From contig JALDZS010000037.1 of assembly GCA_022813965.1 (NCBI GenBank), positions 124,001 through 155,351 of the forward strand: DNA of 31,351 nt, read 5' to 3'. The notes under the pieces are model-generated. The model was not told the origin of the DNA. It saw only the letters and a list, made by a program, of their open reading frames with translations, and did no database searches. Of this stretch, positions 10,520-22,023 are shown in pieces. Made by a program: the position numbers and the translations under genes. Positions within the stretch are counted from its first letter, which is position 1. Each line of letters begins with the position of its first letter. The DNA is from Toensbergia leucococca (Eukaryota).

Positions 10520-11839
10520 ATGGGACACAACGAGCACAGAGCGATCAGAGATGAGAAGAGAGCAGCAGCTAAGGCACTTGAAGAAAACCCTGCCTGGCGT
10601 CAAGTTGATCAGTATTTGAGAGGAGAAGAAAACCATGAGTATGTCAGGTTAGAACGATCGAAAAGCCAGGCAAGTAAAAACCACGGTCAAAATAAAGTCA
10701 TCCGGATTAAACTACTCAGACTGAGTTCCAGGGGTGGGAAGACCGTCAACAAGATCCGAAGGCCAAAGCGACACAACCACAAGGAACGTTTCACAGTCTG
10801 TTGAAAGAAGTCTTAGAGGAAATGAAGGACGAAACTGGAGATCTATTGTCCGGCAAGGTTCGCTCAAGTGAAGACTCCTCACCCGTCTGTGAGCATGACC
10901 AATACCGAGTATTGGATCTTTGTATGGCTTCAGGTGGTTTTGCATCGCATATCCTAAAGTATTATCCAAAGATTGCAATTGAGGCCTTGACGCTTCCAAA
11001 CCCCTATGGTGGATACTCTATTGAAATCCTTCACGCAGACGGCAGCTGGCGAATGACAGTGATCTTCGCTGACATAACAGCGTATGGTGCAGAGTTTGCT
11101 GCTGAAAGAAATCCCTGAAACACGTCAAGGTAGATATGACCTCAAAGGTCCGTTCCAAACTGCTAAATATCGTCTCGTGCTCTGCGATGGAAGCAACAAC
11201 GACCAACATCTCGAGAATCAAAGACTGGATCCAGACCAAGAGAAACATTCAGAGCGGCTTCGCCTGATGGCTGCTCAATTGATTCTTAGCTTGAATCGTG
11301 TAGAATCTGAAGGTACGCTTGTCATACTGCTGTTTATAATTAAAGATCCGGATATTGTCCGTCTTCTCAGGCTCTTTAGTCGTTTCTCGGATATGAATAT
11401 CTTCAAGCCGATGAAAGCATTCTAATATCCTTCGTCGTTTTATCTTATGGCCAAGAGTATTCGAACTAATGATCCTTCTTTCAAGGAAACGATAGATTTT
11501 TGTAGCCTCCTCTGGAGCAAGGAAACACTTCGATACAACAACGACAATCGAGGCTCGGACGGCAGTGGCGAACAGTCAGAATTGGAGCAAATTGGTGCAA
11601 TCCTGCAGAAGTTTGGAGAAACTCTAATTCAACATGCGGAACCAATCTAGAAAATTCAAACGAATGCATTGGAGAGAATGATAAAAACCCAGAAAGACCC
11701 ACTACGCTGGAAATCCATGCAGAAGGAAGCCAGCCAACAGAGTATGCCTAGCACAATTATCTACAGGACAGTCCAGCAAGCACGCCCACATGGCCTACCT
11801 ACACCCGGCGCAGATTCCAAAAACTGGATTTTGGACTGA
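10520..11839 (+). pseudogene. Disrupted fungal FtsJ/RrmJ-like SAM-dependent methyltransferase
   Basis: SAM motif VLDLCMASGGF, then FADIT, LVLCDG, GTLVILL, FKP...SSFYLMAK across consecutive ORF fragments. Lesions: a frame change near 11100-11118, in-frame TAA at 11423..11425, in-frame TAG at 11648..11650 (EPI*KIQ). Probable GC-AG intron 10670..10731 joins ...RSKSQ to GWED...; the frame ends at TGA 11837..11839. Confidence 0.75.
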
Positions 11840-12279
11840 AAACAAAATCAGAAGTAGGAACAGGTTTCATGGAGCTCCAGCTAGGTTGCTTTAGCAAACG
11901 CATTGAATTCATGCATCGAGAGTCTAGTGTAAGAAGAAGGCGCTTGATTTTCTATCAAGATCTATTTCAAGGAAAGCCATACGCTGGGTCGCTAATACCC
12001 AGGTGTATTTAGCAAGCAGTTTCAATTAATGAGATACTCCCAAGATCACATCCAAAAAAAGTGTGCAACCTCTAATAATGCTCAAATCTCACCTTGTGAA
12101 ATTAATTCATATTTTCAATTATGTATTTGGAGCTTTATTAAGCTATTGAGATGTGTATGTTCAAAGGGTCGATTCTTCAATGTTTGGGCCCTGAACATGT
12201 TCAGGCAGGTGCAATGACTTTTCTCACTTTTAGATCATCAATGACCCAACACCGACATACTTGCGAAGTCCGACTTCCA

Positions 12280-13641
12280 TCACACCCATTGTGCATCGGT
12301 CCTACCGACCACAATGATTTTCTTCTTCAGCTCCTCTCTCCTCTTCTCAGCATCTGCATTCTTGCTCGCGTGCTTTTTACTATCTCGGATAGCCGGCGTC
12401 GTCGTCGATTCCGCTTTCTGCTCCCAGGACGAGATGGTAGTGCCGATGGATTCCTTGCTCCGTGGTATAAAGGAGAAATAATCTTTCGGGGATTTGGGAG
12501 ATTTGACCGACTTTGGAGATTTGGGAGAGATTTCCCAGGCTTTTCTTCCCAGTTGTTGGTATGGGGTGATTGGTATGGCGGGGCTCCGTAGTTCCCTGGG
12601 AATTGGTGTTCTTTTGGTGCCTTCCACGTCGACTGTCGGCTTGGGCTTTGCAGCTTCGCTCGCGCGATTGACCAAAGTATCATACATGTTGGAAAACCCA
12701 TGCTGGATACTGCTTCTTCGTTCGCTGGCGATGGAGCCGAACTGGCTTTGTCTCCGTGAAATTGAACTGCTTATCTGAGAGAGTCTTCTTGATGCTGTCG
12801 GTGATAAGATGTGCTTCGTCTCTGCTTTATCGATTGAGGATCTCGGCCGATGCAACGCTTTGCGAACAAATGCACGCATCGAGTCTTTGACCCCTTTGCG
12901 AACACTTTCTGCTATAGAAGACCTGGAGGAAAAACTACTGGATACTCGTTCGGATTCCGCGACTGTGCTGATCCTCAAAGGCGATGGCATCAATGAATCA
13001 TCCACCACGTCGGTAATCCTCGACGACAGTGGAGTCGGTGGATAGTTGTGATCTGCAAAATATGGCCCAAGGGAAAGTACAGGCGCCATTGAAGACTGAG
13101 CAGGTAATATTGATCGATAATCTTCTGCACGCTGAGTTGCATTCTTGTGTTGGTCAATCAGCTTTCGAGATCTCATATCGGTTCCTCCAGGAGTTGAGAT
13201 TAATGTCTGGGAGTCGATTCGTGGATCCTGATTGAAGCGTACCCTTGGTTTGCCTGACTTTCTCGGATATTCTCGCTTTCTTTCTATCATTGAATCAGAC
13301 ATGGCATGCTCTTGCGTATCGGGCGCCAATTTCGGTCTTGTTGATATTGCGTCTGGCGCTTTCGAAGTAGTGGAGCGATGGATTGCTGGCGGAAGTAGTA
13401 TTTGCGGTAGCAGGATCTCGTCCTTGGGGCCCCTCTGATCTGCATCCATACTATATACACTAGACGTTTTCCTAGGCGTTGGGGGTAGGGGTTTGTTGAA
13501 ATCCTGATCAACCTGGTCTTGAAAAATGGTGAAAGACTTTCTCGGAACCTTTGGCAAGACTCTCTCCATGCCGTCAAGGGAGGATGACGATGAATCATCT
13601 TGCCAAAGCCCCGGGCGCCTCAACGGCAAAGCGGAAGTCAT
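12280..13641 (-). CDS. Hypothetical 453-aa Ser/Pro/Arg-rich, probably disordered protein (single exon)
   Basis: Long AUG-initiated ORF with KPLPPTP, SPAIPITPYQ, repeated SPK, and a C-terminal charged helix AEKRREELKKKIIVVG. No domain recognised. Confidence 0.75.
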   Translation of the reverse strand: MTSALPLRRPGLWQDDSSSSSLDGMERVLPKVPRKSFTIFQDQVDQDFNKPLPPTPRKTSSVYSMDADQRGPKDEILLPQILLPPAIHRSTTSKAPDAISTRPKLAPDTQEHAMSDSMIERKREYPRKSGKPRVRFNQDPRIDSQTLISTPGGTDMRSRKLIDQHKNATQRAEDYRSILPAQSSMAPVLSLGPYFADHNYPPTPLSSRITDVVDDSLMPSPLRISTVAESERVSSSFSSRSSIAESVRKGVKDSMRAFVRKALHRPRSSIDKAETKHILSPTASRRLSQISSSISRRQSQFGSIASERRSSIQHGFSNMYDTLVNRASEAAKPKPTVDVEGTKRTPIPRELRSPAIPITPYQQLGRKAWEISPKSPKSVKSPKSPKDYFSFIPRSKESIGTTISSWEQKAESTTTPAIRDSKKHASKNADAEKRREELKKKIIVVGRTDAQWV

Positions 13642-14271
13642 ACTGAGCGCAGTGTTTTCTTATGGCAGGCCTCGACTTACTGATGGGACTTGCCATCTGT
13701 AAAAGTGATGGGTAAGGGATCAGGATGAGTTTTCATGTATACAAATGACTAGACAACAAAGAACGAATATGAAAGTATAGTCACTCAGGATCGAAGGTGC
13801 TCAGTAAAGGAGAAGATGCTGAATTTGAAATAAAAATGCTCCGAACCTTAGAAAATAGCTAACACAAAGAAAGATAGATTTACCCCCTTTATCTAGGAAA
13901 GAGTCCATTCCTAGTAGAGCAGCTATTGCTTAGCCAGTAAAATAAGACAACTAGAACATTCACATTAATTCCGGAATTAAAGAGTCCTTGTGATTCGTCA
14001 ACGTAGCAATACGAAATTTTTGGAGTTGCACGAAAAGTCGAGGCAAGGAGACTACAAAGGGAAACGACAATTAGGGCTGACCGGATGTGGTAAAGCGCAT
14101 TTTTAGCACTTATAGGTTTGGAGCCGGGGATCTCGCTTCTCGGGCCGAGGGTCTAAGGCTGCAGGATGACGCAAAGAAATCAACGTTGACCTCAGCTTTG
14201 TCAATACGCACCCCAATCATCAACAACGCCGCTATTCATGAAATCGCCACTGCCGCCAAATTTCCTCCATC

Positions 14272-15572
14272 ATGCCCGCCGACTACAACTCCACCGCACG
14301 GGCGCTTTCCCTTCCCATCTCGCCTCCACTGCCACCCACAACATCTCGCCAGCCTATCAGAGCACCATGGACACGCCAGCAATCGACTCAGACACTACTG
14401 AGAAGACAGTCGTCGAGCGGGGAAAGGGGGAAGTCATTGCGAGATAATGTCATCGATCATGTCGAACGGATACAGCGGCGCTCTCTCCACATGGTGAAGA
14501 GCTTGACTCCCTTGCAAAGAGTGTTGGCAGGCACTGCAATACTGGCTGTCTTGATTCTGGTGATACTTTTTTTCCTTTTCAATGAGAGCATATTCGCCTG
14601 GCTCGAACCTATTGCGGAAAAGTGGAAGAGTATGAGGGGGGGCTGGTTGATCATATGGGCTTTGACATTCATAACGGCTTTCCCTCCACTGATAGGCTAC
14701 TCAACTTGCTTAACCATCGCTGGATTCGTCTACGGATTTCCGATTGGGTAAGACTCTAAATGAGCTCCGCCTGCTACTCTATGAAACCATCGCACCTTTC
14801 ATGCGTCTCTTATACTGACTTGTAATGCCCTTAGATGGTTCATAGTCGCATCCGCCACTGTTTTGGGATCAACATGTTCTTTCATCGTTTCTCGTACAGT
14901 GTTGTCAACTTTCGTGCACCGGCTCGTAGCGAACGATAACAGATTCGCTGCCCTTTCTCTGGTTTTAAAACACGACGGCCTTAAACTTCTCTGCATGATT
15001 AGGTTATGCCCACTTCCTTACTCAATCTCAAATGGAGCAATGTCGACTATTCCCACGGTGAATGCGCTGACATATGCTCTTGCAACGGCGATTGTATCGC
15101 CAAAACTGATGATTCATATTTTCATAGGTGGACGATTAGCAGCAATTGCGAGGAGTGGAGAGAAAATGGACGCAAGCACGAAGGCCATCAACTATGCTAG
15201 CATTGCTGGAGGAGCTATCGTTGGGGTTGCAACAGGATGGTTCATCTATCAGAGGTGAGTCTTTGTGACACGAAAGAGTAACTTTTGATTGATGTTCTTA
15301 GGACTCTTGCCCGTTCACGAGAGATTGAGGCAGGAGAAAGAGCGAATCTTCGGCAATCAGCACAACGGAGCGGAGAATTCTCGGACGACCCAGAGGAGCA
15401 AGCGGCGGCAGCTACATCACTTCGAGATGATGACATTGACTTTCTAGATCATGAAGAAAGCGATAATCAATACCAAGACGATTTCAATGACGACGACGAT
15501 GACGTTTTCAGACACGGAGATGGAGATGAAGAGGGGTCTATTGGACTTGATGTGCAATTGGCCCGACGATGA
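14272..15572 (+). CDS. TVP38: Golgi membrane protein Tvp38 (VTT / SNARE-associated, TMEM64/DedA superfamily). Exons 14272..14747, 14835..15254, 15302..15572
   Basis: Multiple hydrophobic helices; [27 protein letters not shown] motifs; acidic tail. Introns 14748..14834 (GTAAGA...TAG) and 15255..15301 (GTGAGT...TAG). Confidence 0.9.
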
Positions 15573-16071
15573 CCACGTATGTTGATGTGATTCTGCAGAA
15601 AATGCTAGATATAGAGGATGCACTCGATGCATGCCCGAGCTTGGTGTCAAGGCGTTATCTAAGTGAAGGGGGGATACATGCATTGCACGGTGTTCTGGTT
15701 GACGATAGATATATCTTGGTTCATGAATGAGACTGAACATGAGAGAGCGAAGAAGCGATATATAGTTCCACGACATAATAGTGACTCCGAATAGAGACCT
15801 GAGATGTAGATTAATTTTGTCATGTGGTACGGGGTAACTAGTAAGGTGCCGCCAAGCCTATGACATCGGCGTTGAGTGCGGATCTGAGTACGAGTATTCG
15901 TACCAACGTCCCTCTTGAAATCTACCTTGCACTCAGGGCCCTTTTTACCTAGAAAAAGGGAAAAGGAAACACATCTCAGAGCTATTGTTGCATTATCACT
16001 ACACTTGAACCTGACCAGCATCCTGTGCCTGGTTCCATTCCAGTAGCCTGATTCTCTTCCAAAAACCCCCG

Positions 16072-17564
16072 ATGGACAATGACTTTGACAGCGTCTCATG
16101 GCGAAATGAACCTGACAGCGATACCTCGCGCCCAAATACTGCCGGGCCCAGTGAGCCAGAAGATCCGAGTGTTGGATTCCCTGTTAATGGCAAGAGAAGG
16201 ACGAGCAGTACGGGCCAGCAAGCAGGGGAGAATGCGGATATTGTGGACCTTGGGGGAATTGGAGAGGGGAGACTTGACTGTACCGTTGATACACCTTTGA
16301 AAGAGAATGATGGGACTAAAGATGCTTATGTTTCATATCTCGTCACATCTCATGTAAGTCTACTACATCATCCAATCGCACAAAGCATATCCGCAAGCAA
16401 TGGCTAATTTGCAATTACCAGACCGACTTCAAATCCTTCCAGAAACCTACCTTCGCCGTTCGTCGCCGCTTCACCGACTTTGTCTTTCTCTACAAAACCC
16501 TCAGCAAAGAATATCCCGCCAGTGCCGTTCCCCCTCTCCCAGACAAGCATAAAATGGAATACGTCCGCGGCGACCGCTTCGGCCCAGACTTCACCCAGCG
16601 CCGTGCTCACTCTCTCCATCGCTTCCTTAAACGACTAACCCTCCACCCTGTTCTCCGCCGCGCCACCCTCTTGACCATTTTTCTTGAGTCTCCAGACTGG
16701 AACGCCCACATGCGCTTGCGTCCTTCAAGAGGTTCTTCTGTTTCAGAGCAAGGGACTAGTGTCTTTGATAACTTCGCCGATACGTTCGTCAATGCTTTCA
16801 GCAAAGTCCACAAGCCTGATAGACGCTTCATTGAGGTCCGAGAGAAAGCTGATAAGCTAGATGAAGATCTGGGCCATGTAGAGAAAATCGTTGCACGAGT
16901 CGCTCGTAGAGAGGCAGACTTGGAAATAGATTATATGGATCTCTCGACACAATTTACCCGGTTGATCAATCTAGAACCTGGAGTTGAAGGACCCGTGCAT
17001 GCATTTGCGCAAGGTGTGGAGCAGACAGCCAAGGGCATGGGGGGCCTCAAAGAGCACACAGATCAAAATTATTTAAGCAGCTTGCGGGATATGGAAGCAT
17101 ATATCGTCGCCATCAAAAGCCTCCTCAAAAGCCGCGAGCAGAAACAGCTCGACTTTGAAGGCCTAACCGAATACCTCACGAAAGCCGTCTACGACCGCGA
17201 TACCCTGGCCTCCTCGCACAGCGCCACCGGTCTCGGCGGCCCCAGCGGCTTCATCCGCTCCAAAATCGAAGACGTCCGTGGCGTCGACCATGAGCGCAGC
17301 CGCCGCGAAAGGGTTCGCAAGCTGGAAATGCAGATTGAGCGCTTGACGCGAGAGGTGGAGGAAGCGAGACGGACGACGGAGCGGTTTGACGAAGAGGTTG
17401 TGCGGGAAGTGGCCGATTTTGAGCGGATCAAGGCGGAGGAGTTTCGGGATACGCTGGGCGGGTTGGCGGGGAAGCATTGCGAGTTTTTTGAGGGGGTGGT
17501 GGGGGTTTGGGAGGGGTATGTAACGGATATGGAGAGAGAAGGGGAGGGGATTGGTGGTGGGTGA
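16072..17564 (+). CDS. SNX4: Sorting nexin-4 / Atg24 (PX-BAR). Exons 16072..16353, 16422..17564
   Basis: PX domain after splicing: DAYVSYLVTSH/TDFKSFQKPTFAVRRRFTDFVFLY...VPPLPDK...FTQRRAHSLHRFL; helical BAR region with REQKQLDFEGL. Intron 16354..16421 (GTAAGT...GCTAAT...CAG). Confidence 0.93.
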
Positions 17565-17969
17565 TTTGTTGGAGTGAGGTATGGTGGCAGTGGTGGGTAT
17601 GTTTGCTCTTTGTTCTTCTCCTTTCCTTTATTGGAATGGAGGGAAATGCATGCCATTGCGGGAGTTTTAGTTGGCGGAAAGTGTCTATTTTGGGAGGAAG
17701 GTTGTAATTAGTTCTATTAGCTTTGATTAACGGAACGACCATGTCCACGTAATTCCTCCATATCCCTTCATCTTCCTTAAACTCCTCGCTATGTTGAATT
17801 CGCACAGAATTCCAGACGCCCCATCCAAGTTCACACATCTCCACTATTCACCCACCCTTTTCACCCCCCCCTATAAAAATCTCCCAGAGCACCTCAACCT
17901 CTCATCCTCTCCTCCCCCGCGGCGAAACCACCCCCCCACTCCCAGCTCTCGTCTGCCCCGTATGCACAT

Positions 17970-18540
17970 TCAGCAAAATCGCCGTCGTCGCTCGATACAT
18001 TTCCCTCCCGTCAACCTAAAGCCCAAACCCCACATCATCAACTCCATCTACCCAGACAAAACAAACTCACCCGTGGCCGCCGAGTGGGGGGTGTTTGTGG
18101 GGGGGGGGGAAACGGACCTTGTTCGAGGAATCGGCAGCGTGTATGCGCGCTGGTGGGGGCTTCTTGGACGGATGGTGTGCGAAAGAAGGGGGGGAGGAGA
18201 GGGGAATCGTGCTGAATGCGGCCTCGGTATCCGCTTCGCTCTCGCTCTCCCTCTCCCTCTTCCTGCTGTCGTCGCAAGCGTCTCTCCTTCCGAAGCCGGG
18301 ATCATAAAGCGCTGTTATCGTCGTCATCGTCATCGGCGCATGTGGTCGTGGTTGCTGTTGCTCCGCACAGTCGCCCTTCTGCCACCCACTGCTACCCTCA
18401 CTACCGCTCCGCTTTTGCCCCTCCGTCTTCTTTTTTTGGATTGAGGAGTGAGGAGCGGGTGGGAGGGTGTGGAAGCAGGCGGAGTAGCAGCAGCAGGATG
18501 GGGGGGATGTGGGTTGAGAGGAGGAGGAGGAGGAGGGCAT
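17970..18540 (-). CDS. Possible small low-complexity orphan protein (~171 aa). Exons 18540..18071, 18015..17970
   Basis: 157-aa AUG ORF ending at a GTGAGT donor (18070) with a TTTAG acceptor (18016), a 55-nt intron. No recognisable domain and several overlapping frames are open, so the reading frame is uncertain. Confidence 0.3.
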
Positions 18541-18769
18541 TGTGGGTTGTTTGGAGGATTAGGTGGAGGAGGAGGAGGGTGTAGAGTGTCATTTGCTCCC
18601 CCTCTTTTTTTTGTTTTTTTGGTTAAGGCCGAGGGGAGGGGATGGGTTGGGTGGTTAGGTGGGGTGCATTTGGTGGGTGTGGTGTTTGGGATGGTGTTTT
18701 TTTGTTTATTGGGGGTTTCTTTTGGGGGAGGGAGCGAGTGTGTTCGTAGTTTTTCTTTCCTTCGGGGGA

Positions 18770-18810
18770 GTGTGTGTGTGTGTGTGAGAGAGAGAGAGTG
18801 TGCGTGTGCG
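18770..18810. repeat. Compound microsatellite (GT)n(GA)n followed by degenerate GTGC/GTGT units
   Basis: Directly visible: gtgtgtgtgtgtgtgtgagagagagagagtgtgcgtgtgcg. Confidence 0.9.
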
Positions 18811-19463
18811 TCCTGTTGCCAATAGTATGGCGAGCGAGTGGATGGGTTGGGTTGTGTTTTAGGTGGTTGAATGGAGGAGGGAGCCGGGATGAGCTGGGGC
18901 TGGGGGGGGGCAAATATATCATGTTGTGGGAAGAAGGAGGTTCGAGTGCAACACAACGAGAATGCACGAGGTAAAGCGACTGATGACTGATAGTGCAACA
19001 CAATGAGAATATCAGAGGTAGAGCGACCGATGGACCAAACGGCCCTAGGGCGACGATTAGGTAACATCCACGATGTACAAGACAGGGGGGAACGTTTGTA
19101 AAAGCAGGTGGGCAACAAAGTGGCGAGCGATGAGATCGGTCGCATTGTTGCATTAGCAGGATAAGAAAAAGTCGTAGCTGTGGCTAGTGGATTTTTTTCA
19201 TTGCTTACCTGCAATCATAGCGACGAGTCAGCTATGCTTGGTACATCGATGATGAGAGCAACAGCCAACAAATAGATAAGAAAAATATCTTGCAGGTGAA
19301 GCAACTCGTGAGCCGACATCCATCTTACAACCACCTCAGTCGTGAAACACAAAAAAAAGCAAACCAACAATCAACCAACAAGATTTGCAAATGCATCCAG
19401 AGGTCTTTTGTGTTCCAACAACGCCTCGCCATGCATATTGAATATCCCACGTCGTACCCGATG

Positions 19464-22023
19464 CTACCTTGAGGGGATATCATGTCGACTTTTTTCGAGA
19501 TCATCTCTTGATGGTCTCCTGCCTCGATCTTCTTCCTCACCTTCTTGAGATCGCTCGTCTTTGTACTCTTCGACATCATCATCACTTAGTAATTCCTCGT
19601 CACTTTCGCCTGCAAATGCATCATATAATTCACCGGCTCTCCTCTTGACTGGCTTCCCTCTCGTATCCGAATGGCCATTAGTGTCTTGATCATCCAACAC
19701 CTCAAACTCGTAGTCGTCCCGGCTGTTGCGCAGTCGCTTCTGGCGTTGCACGTAGAAATAAATGCACAGCCCAACACAGAAGAGTATAATGATTGTCAAA
19801 GCTCCGTAAATCCAGACCTGGGTTCGTTTGGAGACGCCGAAAGTGGGAAAATAATGGGGAAAAAAAGTATCTGGTACTGAGGTTGCGGTTGACGAGGGCC
19901 TAACCGTAGGACTCGATGTCGGAGACATCGATGGCGAAATCGTAGGTTTGGCATTGACAGGCCGATCAATGTGACCAGATGGATTTGAGGGTAGACCTGT
20001 TTCTGGTGACCCTACTGAAAGGGTCGTCGTTCCTACACTGGCAGTAACAACATCATGATCATCGTCGTCGTGTTCAGTTGGCATCGGAAGGAGCTCTTGC
20101 TTAGAGGCATCAATACACTCGCCCCAAAGAGTAATCTTCCAGTCAGTGAATGTGCCACTATGTTCATTGACATTGGTGTCTTTGACGATAACACTCCATG
20201 TACCTATGCCAGGTTCTCCCCTACACCCATGTCAATACCCATTGGCTTTTCCCACATGACACTCCAGCTTACCAGTGTATTACCGACATGAAAGTCCAGT
20301 CCACATAGCCAGCACTGTTCTCGTCCAATCTTCTCGTCACACTTAGGTGACTCACAACGCTCTTGGGACTCCTCAATTCAACGCTAATGTCCCCTCGTCG
20401 AGTATGATTGACGTTCATTGTGACAGTGATATGCTCAACTCTCTCGAAATTGGCAGTCTCAAGATCTTCCTTTGTAACCTCAAAGGAGCTTAATAGGCCC
20501 TCCAATCCTTGTGGAATGGCCTGCTTGACATGCATCCACGGCGAATTGAACCATGCCTGAGGTTTGACAAGCTCGAAAGTCTTGGCCGCCTCGACGATGG
20601 CGTAGGCGTCTAATTTACCGTAGCCATAAGTGTGACTATACTTTTTGCCAATAAACGTCGTATCCCACTCCTCTTGCTCGTTGATCGGAACTGCAGTCTG
20701 CACAAGAATGTACTGCATATCGCGCCACGTGAGTTCAGGGCGGATAGAAAGTGCTAGTGCAAAGATGCCAGCACCTAGAGGGGCAGCAGCCGACGTCCCA
20801 CCATGATTTGAATAACATTGGTTTGTGCCAACATCTGTAGTATGAATGGCATCACCACTACCACTGCTGTATGTGACCACTAATTGAGCTGAGCATTTCT
20901 CCGAGTAGTACGGGTGCAAGCCTTTCCTATCAATCGCCCCAACTGTGATGCTGTATATACTGTTGGTGTATCCGTCGAAATTGCAGTTATCTTCGCTAGC
21001 TGCACCGTTTCCTGCGGCAAACACGTAAATGGTGCCTTTTCCTTGACGCCCATTTTGGACGGCGTTGACCATGGCTCGTCTGATTAGAATTCCTGGAGCA
21101 TCCATCGATTTCCCATCGTCCGGAGGACCCCACGAGCAAGAATAAATTTGATTGTCTTGGTAGCCGTAATTCATCGCCACGGCCTCGTCTTCATCAGAGA
21201 TTGATTTCGACAAGATGCGAATGCCAGCGACTTTCGCATTGTACGCAACACCAACGCCGCATACATCATTCCGCACTGCAGCAATTTCTCCAGCACACCT
21301 TGTACCATGTTTATCGTCGGAAAGCCTAGGCCTTGGTTCATCCGTGTTGTCATTGAAGTCGTATGATCCCTTGGCAAAGTAATTATCCTTCAAGTCGTCA
21401 CTGTACATGTCGATCCCATCATCTACCATAACCACGGTGGCATTGTGGCCTGTAATTCCTTGCATCCAGACATCAGTCACGTTAACATCATGTCCAAGCT
21501 GCACAGCGTTGTAAAGGTGCCATTGCTCGGCGAAAATTGGATCTTGGATCTTCAGTGTTCGTGCGATTTCTTTCCTCAAGGCTACGGCAGCATCCATAGA
21601 AGCAGCCTGTCCATTCGTATCATCCCTATTCAGAGAATCGGCTCGCGCTGAGTGAGGAGGTAGAATTGCTCTTTTTTCCATGCGCGGCTTCAGCTTTTGT
21701 TTTTGTGACCACAAGACAGCATCAAGCACCATGCCATCTGGATTTGACTCTCTCTTCCTACGCCGCCTTCGCAAGTCTTGCAGAATCTCATCAGCGCCAT
21801 GCTCCCTGTGACGTGAAGAGGAAAATGCATAATGATCTGGCAGCTCGCCTAATTTGCCTTCGTAATCTAGGCCAAGCGCTGTGGCAACATGAAGAGGGGA
21901 TACATCGGGACGGAGATGAAGAGCGTAGTACTCGTGAGTGTCATGATTGCGAGAATGAAAGTTTGCTGCCGAAGATAGAAAAGCTGGGGCAATCAGTGCT
22001 AGGGCTAGGGTGATGACATGCAT
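19464..22023 (-). CDS. KEX2: Kexin (Kex2/furin-like subtilisin S8 proprotein convertase). Exons 22023..20273, 20220..19464
   Basis: Signal peptide MHVITLALALIAPAFLSSA; propeptide with dibasic EKR; catalytic VDDG, HGTRCAGE, AAGNG, GGTSAAAP; P-domain (EHITV...RRGD); Ser/Thr stalk; TM helix IYGALTIIILFCVGLCIYFYV; tail DDYEFEVL and ELYDAFAGESDEE. Intron 20221..20272 (GTAAGC...TAG) gives IHW/GEPGIGTW. Confidence 0.96.

Noticed and set aside
11113..11118. CCC-TGA at the end of the first methyltransferase frame resembles an antizyme-like +1 programmed frameshift site
   Set aside because: Two further in-frame stops follow, so frameshifting alone would not yield a protein; a simple indel just upstream is more parsimonious.
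11648..11650. TAG at a probable Trp position, as in stop codons corrected by A-to-I editing in some ascomycetes
   Set aside because: The gene also has a TAA and a frameshift that such editing would not repair.
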